Shown piece by piece: positions 10,501-17,340 of a stretch of DNA of 64,000 nt (position 1 is its first letter; the number at the start of each line of letters is the position of its first letter). The translations under genes were made by a program, and so were the position numbers. Below the pieces are notes generated by a model. It had not been told where the DNA came from, made no database searches, and was given only the letters and a program-made list of their open reading frames with translations. Origin of the DNA: Halarcobacter sp. (GTDB lineage Bacteria > Campylobacterota > Campylobacteria > Campylobacterales > Arcobacteraceae); assembly GCA_963676565.1 (NCBI GenBank), contig OY781089.1, positions 1,408,001 to 1,472,000 on the forward strand. Reading direction: 5' to 3'.

Positions 10501-11298
10501 AGAAAGAAGAATAAGAATATTCCAACTGAATACAATGGCGTAAAAGATAGTTATGATGCGAAGGTTTTAGTTGCAGAAGATAACTTTGCAAATCAAGAGT
10601 TGATCTCATATATTTTAGAATCTTTAGATATCGAGTTTACAATTAAAGAAAATGGAATTGAAACTTTTGAAGAGTATAAGAAAAATACTAATTATGATTT
10701 GATTTTCATGGATATAAATATGCCTATTATGGATGGAATTAAAGCCTTTAAAGAGATTAGAAGTTATGAGAAAGAAAGAGATTTAAAACAAACGCCAATT
10801 ATCGCGTTAACTGCTAATGCAATTAAAGGGGATAAAGAAAAATTCTTAGACTTAGGGATGAATGATTATTTAAGTAAACCTATTAATTCAAATGAATTAA
10901 CAAGGGTGTTTAAAAGTTTTTTAGGGGATAAATCTTTAAAAAATTTAGAAGAGACTCAAAATTTAAGTAATGAAAAACAAGAAGATAAAAAAATAGAAGG
11001 TTTTGGTATAGATTTAGAAAAAGTAATTGATAAATTAGGTGTAAATGAAAAAATAGCAAAAATGGTTGTGGATAAATTTTCAAAAGATATTACCAAAGAT
11101 TTAAATGAGCTTGAAAAATTTATTAAAGAAAATGATAAAGCCAATATAATATCAAAGACGCATTATATTAAAAACTCATGTTTAAATGTTGCATTAGTTG
11201 AAGTTTGTGATATTTTACAAGATATAGAGCATGGAGATATAGAAGGTGATTTATTAGAGGAGAAGTTTGAAGAAATAAAAAAATTATTAGGAATTTAA
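7528..11298 (+). CDS. Hybrid sensor histidine kinase (periplasmic sensor, HAMP, HisKA, HATPase, REC, probable Hpt)
   Basis: FLANMSHEIRTPLN, NLLSNAIKFT, DNGIGI, GTGLGL, receiver AEDN/MDINMP, C-terminal THYIKNSC. Confidence 0.92.
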   Translation: MKNLSIKVKLILLFIFVKIIPLLIIAYIAYVGVLKLDKYIQDSTRYYYNKNKEIILNTANESIEDSVKFLDKKSQHALERLTFETANKIAQFLYERDDDILFLSKIQLNDEVIKTFFESKQKEILVHEDYIFNDNTNRWESTKKPTKEIRDSLNADLKDNEKEFNFIDPLEFTKKQIPLYKEINYFDLNGMEIYKTSLINQKLLDISKKENTYINSENYFNEISNLKKGEIYVSEVIGEYVKSNIIGTYTKKKASKANIAFEPEKSAYAGKENPVGKRFEGIIRFVTPIFKNNTKVAYLSLALDHEHLMQFTDTLNPTEDDAVQNISDASIGNYAFMWDNLGRNISHPRDYFISGFNKETGTREIPWLSSDLALKFKSSHKPINEFLKDYPTFEEQSLRKKPNLPQIKDGTLGLDCRYLNFAPQCQGWMQLTKNGGYGSFIIYWSKVWKLTTAAAIPYYTGRYKNSKRGFGFVTIGANVDEFHAVANETKRSVNKILDEQTQHMEEIISENKTEVKEYIKSLINELTIITFLMVLIVIAIAIAVSNYISGKIKKLLVGTQKFINKKFDYRIKVDSNDEIGNLEQSFNKMADQIESLINEQKILNENLEEKVEEKTKELVDINENLENQITQRTEYLKQTLKRAQKADEAKSTFLANMSHEIRTPLNAIIGFSELLSQKEELEPQVRKQADVIHSSANSLLTIINDILDISKIESGNFDITIEESDIYFISEHVVELFSKRAIENNIRLVLNLDHKIPLCLMTDGVRIRQVLSNLLSNAIKFTQSHGTVELNIFVLETKDDNEIIIRFEVIDNGIGIPDDKLKNIFQPFVQIDHKTNRQYEGTGLGLSICRHIINAFGSMLNVQSEIGKGTKFWFDMDFTICPNTIFDDKDYLSSLKYTIEKEDNDLYHYSKRYLDIFGKPTSTLSAENIIVYPYEDKLELDSIRKKYPNNPILILLEYEKDSRQFTIKSDEFFVALPFYASKINDGLRELLRKKNKNIPTEYNGVKDSYDAKVLVAEDNFANQELISYILESLDIEFTIKENGIETFEEYKKNTNYDLIFMDINMPIMDGIKAFKEIRSYEKERDLKQTPIIALTANAIKGDKEKFLDLGMNDYLSKPINSNELTRVFKSFLGDKSLKNLEETQNLSNEKQEDKKIEGFGIDLEKVIDKLGVNEKIAKMVVDKFSKDITKDLNELEKFIKENDKANIISKTHYIKNSCLNVALVEVCDILQDIEHGDIEGDLLEEKFEEIKKLLGI

Positions 11299-11309
11299 AA
11301 GGAGATAAA

Positions 11310-11858
11310 ATGAGGGGAGTCATTTTTACAGAGCTTATTGAATTTGTTGAAGAGGCATTAGGTTTCGAGGTTGCTGATAAGATGATAGAAAAAGCACACT
11401 TAGGAAATGAAGGTGTTTTTTCTCAAGGAGGGAATTATCCCTTTAATGATATGCAAAAGATATTAATGGCTCTTTCTGAAATTACAGGGAAAAAACCAAA
11501 TGAATTATTATATCTTTTTGGTAAACATCTATTTAGTATCTTAGTAAGAATTTATGGACACAACATAAAAAATATTGGGAATTCCTTAGATTTTATTGAT
11601 TCAGTAGATAAACTTGTTCATGCTGAGGTAAAAAAACTTTATCCTGATGCAGAGTTGCCAACTTTTGCAACTATTGAAAAAAATAGTAATTTATTGATTA
11701 TGATTTATAAATCAGAAAAGCGTCTTGAAGCTTTTGCCCATGGATTAATTGTTGCTTGTGGAAAATATTTTGGTGATGAATTAAATGTAAGTTATGAAAC
11801 TATAAGTCAAAATCCATATGAAGTAAAATTTATAATAAAGAAAAATGACAATCCTTGA
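11310..11858 (+). CDS. Heme NO-binding (H-NOX/HNOB) domain protein
   Basis: MRGVIF start, GNYP, proximal His in VHAEVKKLYPDAELPTF, YxSxR-like YKSEKR. Confidence 0.85.
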   Translation: MRGVIFTELIEFVEEALGFEVADKMIEKAHLGNEGVFSQGGNYPFNDMQKILMALSEITGKKPNELLYLFGKHLFSILVRIYGHNIKNIGNSLDFIDSVDKLVHAEVKKLYPDAELPTFATIEKNSNLLIMIYKSEKRLEAFAHGLIVACGKYFGDELNVSYETISQNPYEVKFIIKKNDNP

Positions 11859-11875
11859 AACTATAAAATAAATTT

Positions 11876-11928
11876 CATATTGTAATTTTATTGCAAAATG
11901 AAATTTATTGTGATAAAATTGCAATATG
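11876..11928 (+). promoter_or_regulatory. Putative native (leaderless) dinB promoter bracketed by a 15-bp inverted repeat
   Basis: Extended -10 TGnTAAAAT at 11911-11919 with ATG 6 nt later and no Shine-Dalgarno; CATATTGTAATTTTA (11876-11890) is inverted to TAAAATTGCAATATG (11914-11928) with 1 mismatch. Confidence 0.55.
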
Positions 11929-11958
11929 TTTATCCATATTGATATTGATTGTTTTTTT
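11926..11958 (+). repeat. attL: 33-bp direct repeat
   Basis: ATGTTTATCCATATTGATATTGATTGTTTTTTT, identical to 63968-64000. Confidence 0.93.
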
Positions 11959-12003
11959 ATTTTTCTTGAAAACTCACTAAAATTCAAAAAATCTAATAGA
12001 TAG
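11926..12003 (+). pseudogene. dinB: Displaced 5' stub of dinB fused to element sequence
   Basis: MFIHIDIDCFF then IFLENSLKFKKSNR-stop; the first 11 aa match the Y-family polymerase motif I. Confidence 0.7.
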
Positions 12004-12077
12004 CCTAAAATAGGAGCTTTAAACTTATATTAATAACTCATGATGTATCATTGTATATCAGTGAAACTCATTTTTAT

Positions 12078-12107
12078 TACGGTATCAATTGCGGTACTAA
12101 AAGGTAT
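12078..12107 (+). promoter_or_regulatory. Putative integrase arm-type binding sites (left)
   Basis: CGGTA at 12080 and 12092 (12-bp period) plus AGGTA at 12102; the same motif and period occur at 63901/63913. Confidence 0.55.
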
Positions 12108-12111
12108 ATAA

Positions 12112-13374
12112 ATGGCAAAACTAGTTAAACAGTTAACAGATACAGAAATAAAGAAAGCAAAGTATACAAGTAAAGAAGATTTTGAAAAATTAAAAAAATT
12201 AAATTCCAATGTATTGAGAAAAAATAAACTATCTGATGGTAAAGGTTTGTTTTTAATTTTAAAATCAAATGGAACAAAATTTTGGCAGTTTGATTTTTCA
12301 TTTGGTGGAAAAAGAAGGAGTATGTCTTTTGGTTCTTACCCTACAGTATCACTTAAAGAAGCTAGGGATAAAAGAGAAGATGCTCGAAATAATATTCAAA
12401 ATAATATTAATCCAATTAATCAAAAAAAAGAAGATAAAGAAAATCAAAAACTTATATTTGAAAATATCGCAGAAAAATGGATAAATAATACTGCAAATTT
12501 ATCTGATGAAACGAGATTAAATTATAAAAGAAGTTTAGATAAAAATGTAAACCCTTTAATTGGGAAATTAGAGGTTCACAATATAAAAAGAAAACATATT
12601 GTTAATGTGCTTATATCACTTCAAGATAGAACCACCGTTGCAAGTAGAATTTACAATCTTTTACAAAGAATCTTTTCTTATTCTGCAATTAATTATGATT
12701 TAGAATATAATCCAGTTGATTTTAATTTAAATGATTTAATAACAAGAAAAAAAATTTCACATCATAAAGCAATAATAAATGAAGATAAGATAAAAGAGTT
12801 AATTAGTGATATAAAAAACTTAAGTGTTGAAAATAGGGATTATCTTCATTACAGTGGAGTGTATGCTCTTAAAATGTTACCTTATATGTTTGTAAGGATT
12901 ACTTCTCTCTTAAAATCTAAATGGGATGATATAGATTTTGAAAATGAAACGTGGCTCTTTCCTGCGAAAAATACAAAAACAAAAGAGGACTATCTCTACC
13001 CTATGCCTAAGCAAATTATTGATTTGCTTATGGATTTAAATGAAGACACAATAATTAAAAGTGAATATGTTTTTCACTCTGCTCAAAATAATCCAATGAA
13101 ATATTTAAGTAGGGCTACAGTTTCAAATTATCTAAAGCAAGTACTTGGTTATGATGGAGAAATGACTCTTCATGGCTTTAGAAGTACATTTTCCACAACA
13201 ACGAATAGAAAAAAAGGTGAACATGGCTATAGTGAAGATATAATTGAAGCTTGTCTATCTCATTCTGAAAGAAATAGGGTGAAAAAAGCTTATGATAGGG
13301 AGTATATTGATAAATATATAGATGAAAAACGCCAATTAATTCAGTGGTATGCTGATTATTTGGATAAACAATAA
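12112..13374 (+). CDS. Tyrosine recombinase/integrase, P4-like with N-terminal arm-binding domain
   Basis: LTDTEIK..KLSDGKGLFL..GSYPTVSLKEAR arm domain; catalytic R (FVRIT), K (NTKT), HGFR, LSH, KAY. Confidence 0.93.
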   Translation: MAKLVKQLTDTEIKKAKYTSKEDFEKLKKLNSNVLRKNKLSDGKGLFLILKSNGTKFWQFDFSFGGKRRSMSFGSYPTVSLKEARDKREDARNNIQNNINPINQKKEDKENQKLIFENIAEKWINNTANLSDETRLNYKRSLDKNVNPLIGKLEVHNIKRKHIVNVLISLQDRTTVASRIYNLLQRIFSYSAINYDLEYNPVDFNLNDLITRKKISHHKAIINEDKIKELISDIKNLSVENRDYLHYSGVYALKMLPYMFVRITSLLKSKWDDIDFENETWLFPAKNTKTKEDYLYPMPKQIIDLLMDLNEDTIIKSEYVFHSAQNNPMKYLSRATVSNYLKQVLGYDGEMTLHGFRSTFSTTTNRKKGEHGYSEDIIEACLSHSERNRVKKAYDREYIDKYIDEKRQLIQWYADYLDKQ

Positions 13375-13413
13375 TACTTATATATTACTAAAGTGATTCA
13401 AATAAGTATATTT

Positions 13414-13440
13414 TAGAAAATCGCTTAAGGCGATTTTCTA
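13414..13440. terminator. Bidirectional intrinsic terminator
   Basis: TAGAAAATCGC-TTAAG-GCGATTTTCTA, perfect 11-bp stem between the convergent int and HTH genes. Confidence 0.75.
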
Positions 13441-13641
13441 GGATTCTCTCTTTTCCCCTAGTTTTTCTAATAATTCTGCAAAAAGTTCTAATTTTTTATC
13501 ATCAATATTATTTAAATGTGCTCTAGCACCTAATTTAAGGACTTTTAGTAGTTCAGGGTTTGACTGCTTATACCCTTTTATTGTTTGTTCATTCTTCCCA
13601 ATTATTTGACCAATTTCAGCATATGTTATTTTTTTTGCCAT
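13438..13641 (-). CDS. Small helix-turn-helix protein (putative repressor)
   Basis: ITYAEIGQIIGKNEQTIKGY HTH pattern; AAGGA RBS; divergent from the AlpA-like gene. Confidence 0.7.
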   Translation of the reverse strand: MAKKITYAEIGQIIGKNEQTIKGYKQSNPELLKVLKLGARAHLNNIDDKKLELFAELLEKLGEKRES

Positions 13642-13661
13642 AAGAATCCTTTATTAATATG

Positions 13662-13771
13662 AAGTATATATACTTTTTATTAAAAAAAGTATTAAAAAAA
13701 TATTTTTTAAGAATAAAATAAGATTTCATATGTAATACTTTTATTAACTAAAAGTATCTAATTAGATACTT
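13662..13771. promoter_or_regulatory. Palindromic operator candidates between the HTH and AlpA genes
   Basis: AAGTATATATACTT (13662-13675) and AAGTATCTAATTAGATACTT (13752-13771) are perfect palindromes sharing the AAGTAT half-site. Confidence 0.5.
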
Positions 13772-13889
13772 CTAATACTGATAATGGATGGAGAATAAAA
13801 TATTGTTTAAGAAAAAATTAATATTTAAAGATTAATATTTTTTTCATAATGAATCACCAAGATTCACAAAATAAAGAAAAGGATGTTAA

Positions 13890-14138
13890 ATGAGCGTAAT
13901 TAACCTTGATCCATCTTTAAGGCTAGAAAAACTTGAGGAAAAATTAGATATTTCAATCTCATCAATTTACCGAAGAATAAAAGACCAAACATTACCCGCT
14001 CCTATTAAACTAGGTAGATGCTCACTTTGGTCTGAGATAGAGGTCGATTTTGCTATCGAAAATAAAAGATTGATGACAAAAGATGAGAAAAAAACTGAAT
14101 TAGAGCGAAGAGAAAGATTGTATTACAGTATCAATTAA
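13890..14138 (+). CDS. AlpA-family regulator / probable excisionase (RDF)
   Basis: LRLEKLEEKLDISISSIYRRIKDQTLPAPIKLGRCSLW matches the AlpA winged-HTH pattern. Confidence 0.85.
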   Translation: MSVINLDPSLRLEKLEEKLDISISSIYRRIKDQTLPAPIKLGRCSLWSEIEVDFAIENKRLMTKDEKKTELERRERLYYSIN

Positions 14139-14197
14139 AAATTATATGCTAGATAAAAAGGATGTTTAATGATAATATTACAAAGTTTTAAAAAGTC

Positions 14198-14704
14198 ATG
14201 AATAAATATATTAATTGTTTTTTAAATATTGAAAAATTAAAACATCTATTAGATAATTCTTTTTATGAAGTAAAGAAGCCAACAATTTCTATAGAACAGT
14301 TAGACAAAGTTGATAATTACTATTTTGATAATATAGGAAAATTTGCTTCATTAATCAATAACGCTTACAGTTACAATGATTTAGAGTCGCTTCTTTTAGA
14401 TATTAACAATCAAATAAAAGAAAATAGACTTAATGCAAATAAGATGGATTTTAATAATATGTTTAATCCTGTTAAACTTATAAATAGAAAAATTGTAAGC
14501 TTGTCTTTATTTCACTATATGGAATTTAAAAATTCAAAAAAGATGATTGTGCTTATTTATATAAATAAAGAAACACCCCTAACAATAATTAGTGAGCAAT
14601 TGAATCTTTTTTATAGTTTGTTAGATGATAAAATCGATTTGATTTTAGATATAAAAACAGTTAAAAATAAAAAAGATGAGAGAGTAGAGTTTTTTTATTG
14701 TTAA
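14198..14704 (+). CDS. Hypothetical protein
   Basis: 168-aa ORF in the AlpA run; no motif recognised. Confidence 0.5.
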   Translation: MNKYINCFLNIEKLKHLLDNSFYEVKKPTISIEQLDKVDNYYFDNIGKFASLINNAYSYNDLESLLLDINNQIKENRLNANKMDFNNMFNPVKLINRKIVSLSLFHYMEFKNSKKMIVLIYINKETPLTIISEQLNLFYSLLDDKIDLILDIKTVKNKKDERVEFFYC

Positions 14705-14736
14705 AAAACTTATAAAGAAAAATACAGGAGATAAAA

Positions 14737-15588
14737 TTGAAAGTCGATTTCTTAAGTGATTTACATATAGATTTTTACTTTGACTCTAGACAGAAGATTA
14801 AAGATGAAAAGATAAAAAAACTATATCATCCAATTATTACAGAAAATGATAGAAAAATAGGTGATGTTCTTATTGTTGCAGGAGATATAGGACACTATAA
14901 TCATCAAAATATAAGAGTATTAAAATATTTAAAAGAACACTACTATAAATATATTATCTGTGTTCTTGGAAATCATGACTATTACTTATTTGATAAAGAT
15001 TCAAAAACACAGTTTAAAGACTCTTTTGAAAGAGTAGAACAAATGAGACTTAGAATTAATAGAGAAGAGAATATGTATTGTCTAAATGGTGACTTTGCAG
15101 AAATTGATGGAGTAATTTTTGGAGGTTGCGATTCATGGTACAATGATGGGTACTTTACAAGACAATATCCAACTCAGAATTTTCCTACAAAATCTACAAA
15201 TATACAATGGAAAAAAACAATGCATGATGGAGAGATGATTATAGGAGTAGAAAACTTTGATGATATCTGGCATATAGAAAAACCAAAAATAGAAGCAGTA
15301 TATGAACAATGTGATGTAATGATTACTCATATAAGTCCATCCTGTAAAGATGAACACTTTTCTCCAAGGTTTCAAAACTCTCCTTCTAATATATTTTTCT
15401 CTTTTGAAGGTGAAAAGTATTTAAAAGATGGTTCAATGAAATACTGGCTATTTGGACATACTCATGAAGAGTTAGAGTATGAAGAACATGGAGTACATTG
15501 TCTTTGTAATCCATTTGGATATCCAAGTGAGAGTGGTAATGGAGAATGGATTGTTATGCAAAGTTTTGAAATAGAAAAAAGAAATTAA
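14737..15588 (+). CDS. Metallophosphoesterase (calcineurin-like)
   Basis: SDLH, AGD, GNHD, TH, GHTH, NPFGY motifs; TTG start with AGGAG RBS. Confidence 0.9.
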   Translation: MKVDFLSDLHIDFYFDSRQKIKDEKIKKLYHPIITENDRKIGDVLIVAGDIGHYNHQNIRVLKYLKEHYYKYIICVLGNHDYYLFDKDSKTQFKDSFERVEQMRLRINREENMYCLNGDFAEIDGVIFGGCDSWYNDGYFTRQYPTQNFPTKSTNIQWKKTMHDGEMIIGVENFDDIWHIEKPKIEAVYEQCDVMITHISPSCKDEHFSPRFQNSPSNIFFSFEGEKYLKDGSMKYWLFGHTHEELEYEEHGVHCLCNPFGYPSESGNGEWIVMQSFEIEKRN

Positions 15589-15590
15589 TT

Positions 15591-15797
15591 ATGAAAGAAT
15601 TTAGTCCTATGTTGTTATTAACAGTCAATAACTCCATAGGAGATAAGAATAAGCATTTTACAGTAGAAGAACTAGTTAAGCTATTTGATAAAAAACAAAA
15701 AGATTTTACAAATAGAGATAAGTATGGAATAGAGGTAATACAAACAAAAGCAGATGCTTTTGAAATTGATGATTTTATAAAAGAGCATAAAATATAA
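15591..15797 (+). CDS. Hypothetical protein
   Basis: 68-aa ORF starting 2 nt after the upstream stop. Confidence 0.55.
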   Translation: MKEFSPMLLLTVNNSIGDKNKHFTVEELVKLFDKKQKDFTNRDKYGIEVIQTKADAFEIDDFIKEHKI

Positions 15798-15883
15798 AAA
15801 GAAAAAGTAGATTATATATTATCTTGTAAACCTTTCGATTAAAAAGAAATGTGTACTTTGTTAGATATCTTAAAAGGCTATAA

Positions 15884-16591
15884 ATGAGTGGAAAAATTTA
15901 TATTATAGGTGATGTTCATGGTTGTTATAAAACACTATGTGCTTTAATAAAGAGACTACCAAAAAATGCAAGAATATGTTTTGTAGGCGATTTATGTGAT
16001 AGAGGTAATAGCTCTAAAGAAGTAATAGAGTTTGTAAAATTAAATGATTATGACTGTGTTCTTGGTAATCATGAATCATTTTATATTGAAGGTGTTGAAA
16101 ATATTCTTGAAGCTTCAAGAATAGATGAAAATACAACATATTGGCTTAATAGGTGTGGTGGAGAAAAAACTATTGAGTCATACAAAAAAGATGGTATTTT
16201 AGATGAAATCACTTTAAAAGTACATCTTAATTGGATAAGCCAATTACCTTTATATAAAGAGTATAAAGACATCAAAACTGAAGATGGAAGATACTTAGTT
16301 GTTTCTCATTCTCATATTTATAATAAATGGGAATATAGAAATTCACATGAAAATAGTATTGAATATAGTGATTTTACAAATACAGTACTCTTTTCTCGAT
16401 ACAAAAACTGTGACAATGAAGAGATTTTTAATGTTTTTGGACATACTCCAACATCTACACCAATAATGGAAAAACATAAAGCTTCAATAGACTTAGGTTG
16501 TATTTATACTAATGATGAAAGTTTAGAAAATAGATTATGTGCATTGGAATTCCCAACCATGAAAGTAATTACTCAAGAAAATATTGAGTAA
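15884..16591 (+). CDS. Ser/Thr protein phosphatase-like metallophosphoesterase (PPP / lambda phosphatase type)
   Basis: GDVHG, GDLCDRG, GNHE, FGHTP, IDLG signature motifs. Confidence 0.9.
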   Translation: MSGKIYIIGDVHGCYKTLCALIKRLPKNARICFVGDLCDRGNSSKEVIEFVKLNDYDCVLGNHESFYIEGVENILEASRIDENTTYWLNRCGGEKTIESYKKDGILDEITLKVHLNWISQLPLYKEYKDIKTEDGRYLVVSHSHIYNKWEYRNSHENSIEYSDFTNTVLFSRYKNCDNEEIFNVFGHTPTSTPIMEKHKASIDLGCIYTNDESLENRLCALEFPTMKVITQENIE

Positions 16592-16713
16592 TTAAAATAA
16601 AGTTCTGATATAGATTGTAGCTCCTTCGCTTTTTATCTTTTAAAACTATAAATAAAAAGGAAGCCCAGTCAATAAAAATACCACTTAAATAACTGTTACA
16701 ATCAACATAGTTC

Positions 16714-17054
16714 TTTATTTGTTTGTGGTTAACAAATAAATCAAACAAGTTTTAAAGTTTATTAAACTTGTAGGTAGTTAATCAGAAATATAATTATATT
16801 GAATAATAGTTTCTTAGTCAATATAATCGTCAACTAATTTAATATCACCTCTGAACTTAAATTTTAAGTTCACTATCCAATCTAGTCTCGAAAAATATTG
16901 TCAATTGTGAAAGTGTTAAGTTCTAAGTCCACATTAGCATATTCCATTTTTTTGTAGCATTTTCATTACCATATAAAGCAATTTTAAAAGTGATTTTTGT
17001 TGTTCAAGAAGTCTTAAGGGTTTGAGAAAATCTCAAAATTCTACTTCTTGAACA
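16714..17054. repeat. Cluster of four inverted repeats/hairpins
   Basis: 16714-16740 (10-bp stem), 16745-16771 (8-bp), 16852-16872 (10-1-10), 17001-17054 (12-bp outer plus 7-bp inner stem). Confidence 0.7.
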
Positions 17055-17162
17055 CTTTTTGGAACAAATTATATCTCTAAAAAAAGGTTATTAAGCCAAT
17101 AAGTAAGATTTTCTAATTTTGTTTCAAAATTTATAGATTATGTAATTCCATAAGTCTTTTTA

Positions 17163-17291
17163 TTATTTTTTTGTACTTTTCGATGGCTTCAAACTTTTTG
17201 TATTACCTGGAGTACTTTTATTGTCTCTACGTCTTTGATCAGGTTTTCCAGTAGATTTTGCAATAGGTTTTGGTCCTGGTTTTAATCCCAT
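17163..17291 (-). CDS. 42-aa basic, Pro/Gly/Lys-rich peptide
   Basis: MGLKPGPKPIAKSTGKPDQRRRDNKSTPGNTKSLKPSKSTKK; perfect AGGAGG Shine-Dalgarno 9 nt upstream; 49 bp after the S8 peptidase stop. Confidence 0.7.
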   Translation of the reverse strand: MGLKPGPKPIAKSTGKPDQRRRDNKSTPGNTKSLKPSKSTKK

Positions 17292-17340
17292 AATATTTTA
17301 CCTCCTTTCAAAAAATTTTAAATAGTTAAGTATTAATAAA

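Noticed and set aside
815..11144. Short ORFs antisense to or overlapping core genes (815, 1473, 3434, 4050, 9576, 10956)
   Set aside because: Shadow frames of well-supported genes, with no motifs
11781..12484. ORFs 11781-11987 (-) and 12269-12484 (+)
   Set aside because: The first spans attL and the H-NOX end with low-complexity sequence; the second is an alternate frame inside the integrase
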